NCBI RefSeq assembly: GCF_021028975.2
Contig: NC_059437.1
Location: forward strand, 21,762,001 to 21,826,000
Origin: Sphaerodactylus townsendi
Lineage: Eukaryota
Direction: 5' to 3'
Length of the DNA: 64,000 bases
Shown: piece after piece, positions 63,515-64,000 of the stretch
Numbering within the stretch: the stretch's first letter is position 1
Layout: every line of letters begins with the position of its first letter
The notes under the pieces: generated by a model
Databases searched by the model: none
What the model was told of the DNA's origin: nothing
Seen by the model: the letters and a program-made list of their open reading frames with translations, nothing else
Made by a program: the position numbers and the translations under genes

Positions 63515-63863
63515 CAGAGGCAGAGCTACAAGGGGATCAGGGGGTGCGCATTGCACCGGGCACGCGCCTGGGGACCTGGAAAATCCTCCTGCTCCCCCCG
63601 TGGTGCCCCCCGCACTTACCTTCAATAAACAGTGCAGGCTGGAGAAGCAGTCTGTTCCCTTCAGGCTTGAAAATGGTCTGGTGGGAACAACATTTCCCAT
63701 GAGACCTTGGGGCTCACAAGATCTCATGGGAAATATAGTTCCCACCAGCACTGTTTATGGAAAATAAGAGTGTGGGGGGGCACCATGGGGGGGGGTGCCG
63801 CTGGGTGAGACACGGAAAACACAGAGCGTGCACTGGGCGCACTCTGGCCTAGCTATGCCTCTG
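63515..63863. mobile_element. hAT-type non-autonomous element
   Basis: TIR CAGAGGCAGAGCTA / TAGCTATGCCTCTG; perfect 8-bp TSD TTTCTATA. Confidence 0.85.
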
Positions 63864-64000
63864 TTTCTATACCACTTAATTTATATTTAAAAACTCATGC
63901 TTTGTTTCAGCTCTATTTGAAATGTGTTTGTTTTCAGATTTCTGTAGTCCAGACTGTATTGCACATCTCACGGAATGTTCCATCCTGTTGATTGCACTTG

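Overview
Vertebrate genomic DNA from a squamate reptile, most likely a gecko (inferred from the SINE and MITE repertoire). The only host gene I can identify is the 5' end of the AMPA-type glutamate receptor gene GRIA3 (GluA3) on the minus strand. It comprises a CpG-island promoter (~26.1-28.85 kb), coding exon 1 (27535-27445) and exon 2 (25258-25100); everything to the left is intron 2, and exon 3 lies outside the window. The rest is intronic or upstream DNA full of tRNA- and 5S-derived SINEs, CR1/L2/L1/Penelope fragments and hAT, Harbinger and Tc2-type MITEs, including a SPIN MITE. The most structured region is a 7-kb nested transposon cluster 3-10 kb upstream of the GRIA3 start codon. It contains (i) a 5'-deleted Ty1/copia element whose intact LTR points at the GRIA3 promoter, (ii) an RTE-X-like LINE with twin-priming 5'-inversion geometry, a 12-bp TSD and no 3' tail, and (iii) a near-full-length Rex1/Babar LINE inserted into that LINE's RT domain. 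A near-consensus REST/RE1 site lies ~21 kb upstream of GRIA3. I see no evidence for a new protein-coding system; the novelty candidates are retrotransposition mechanism, possible horizontal TE transfer and TE-derived regulation of GRIA3. TE family names are from memory of consensus sequences, not database searches.
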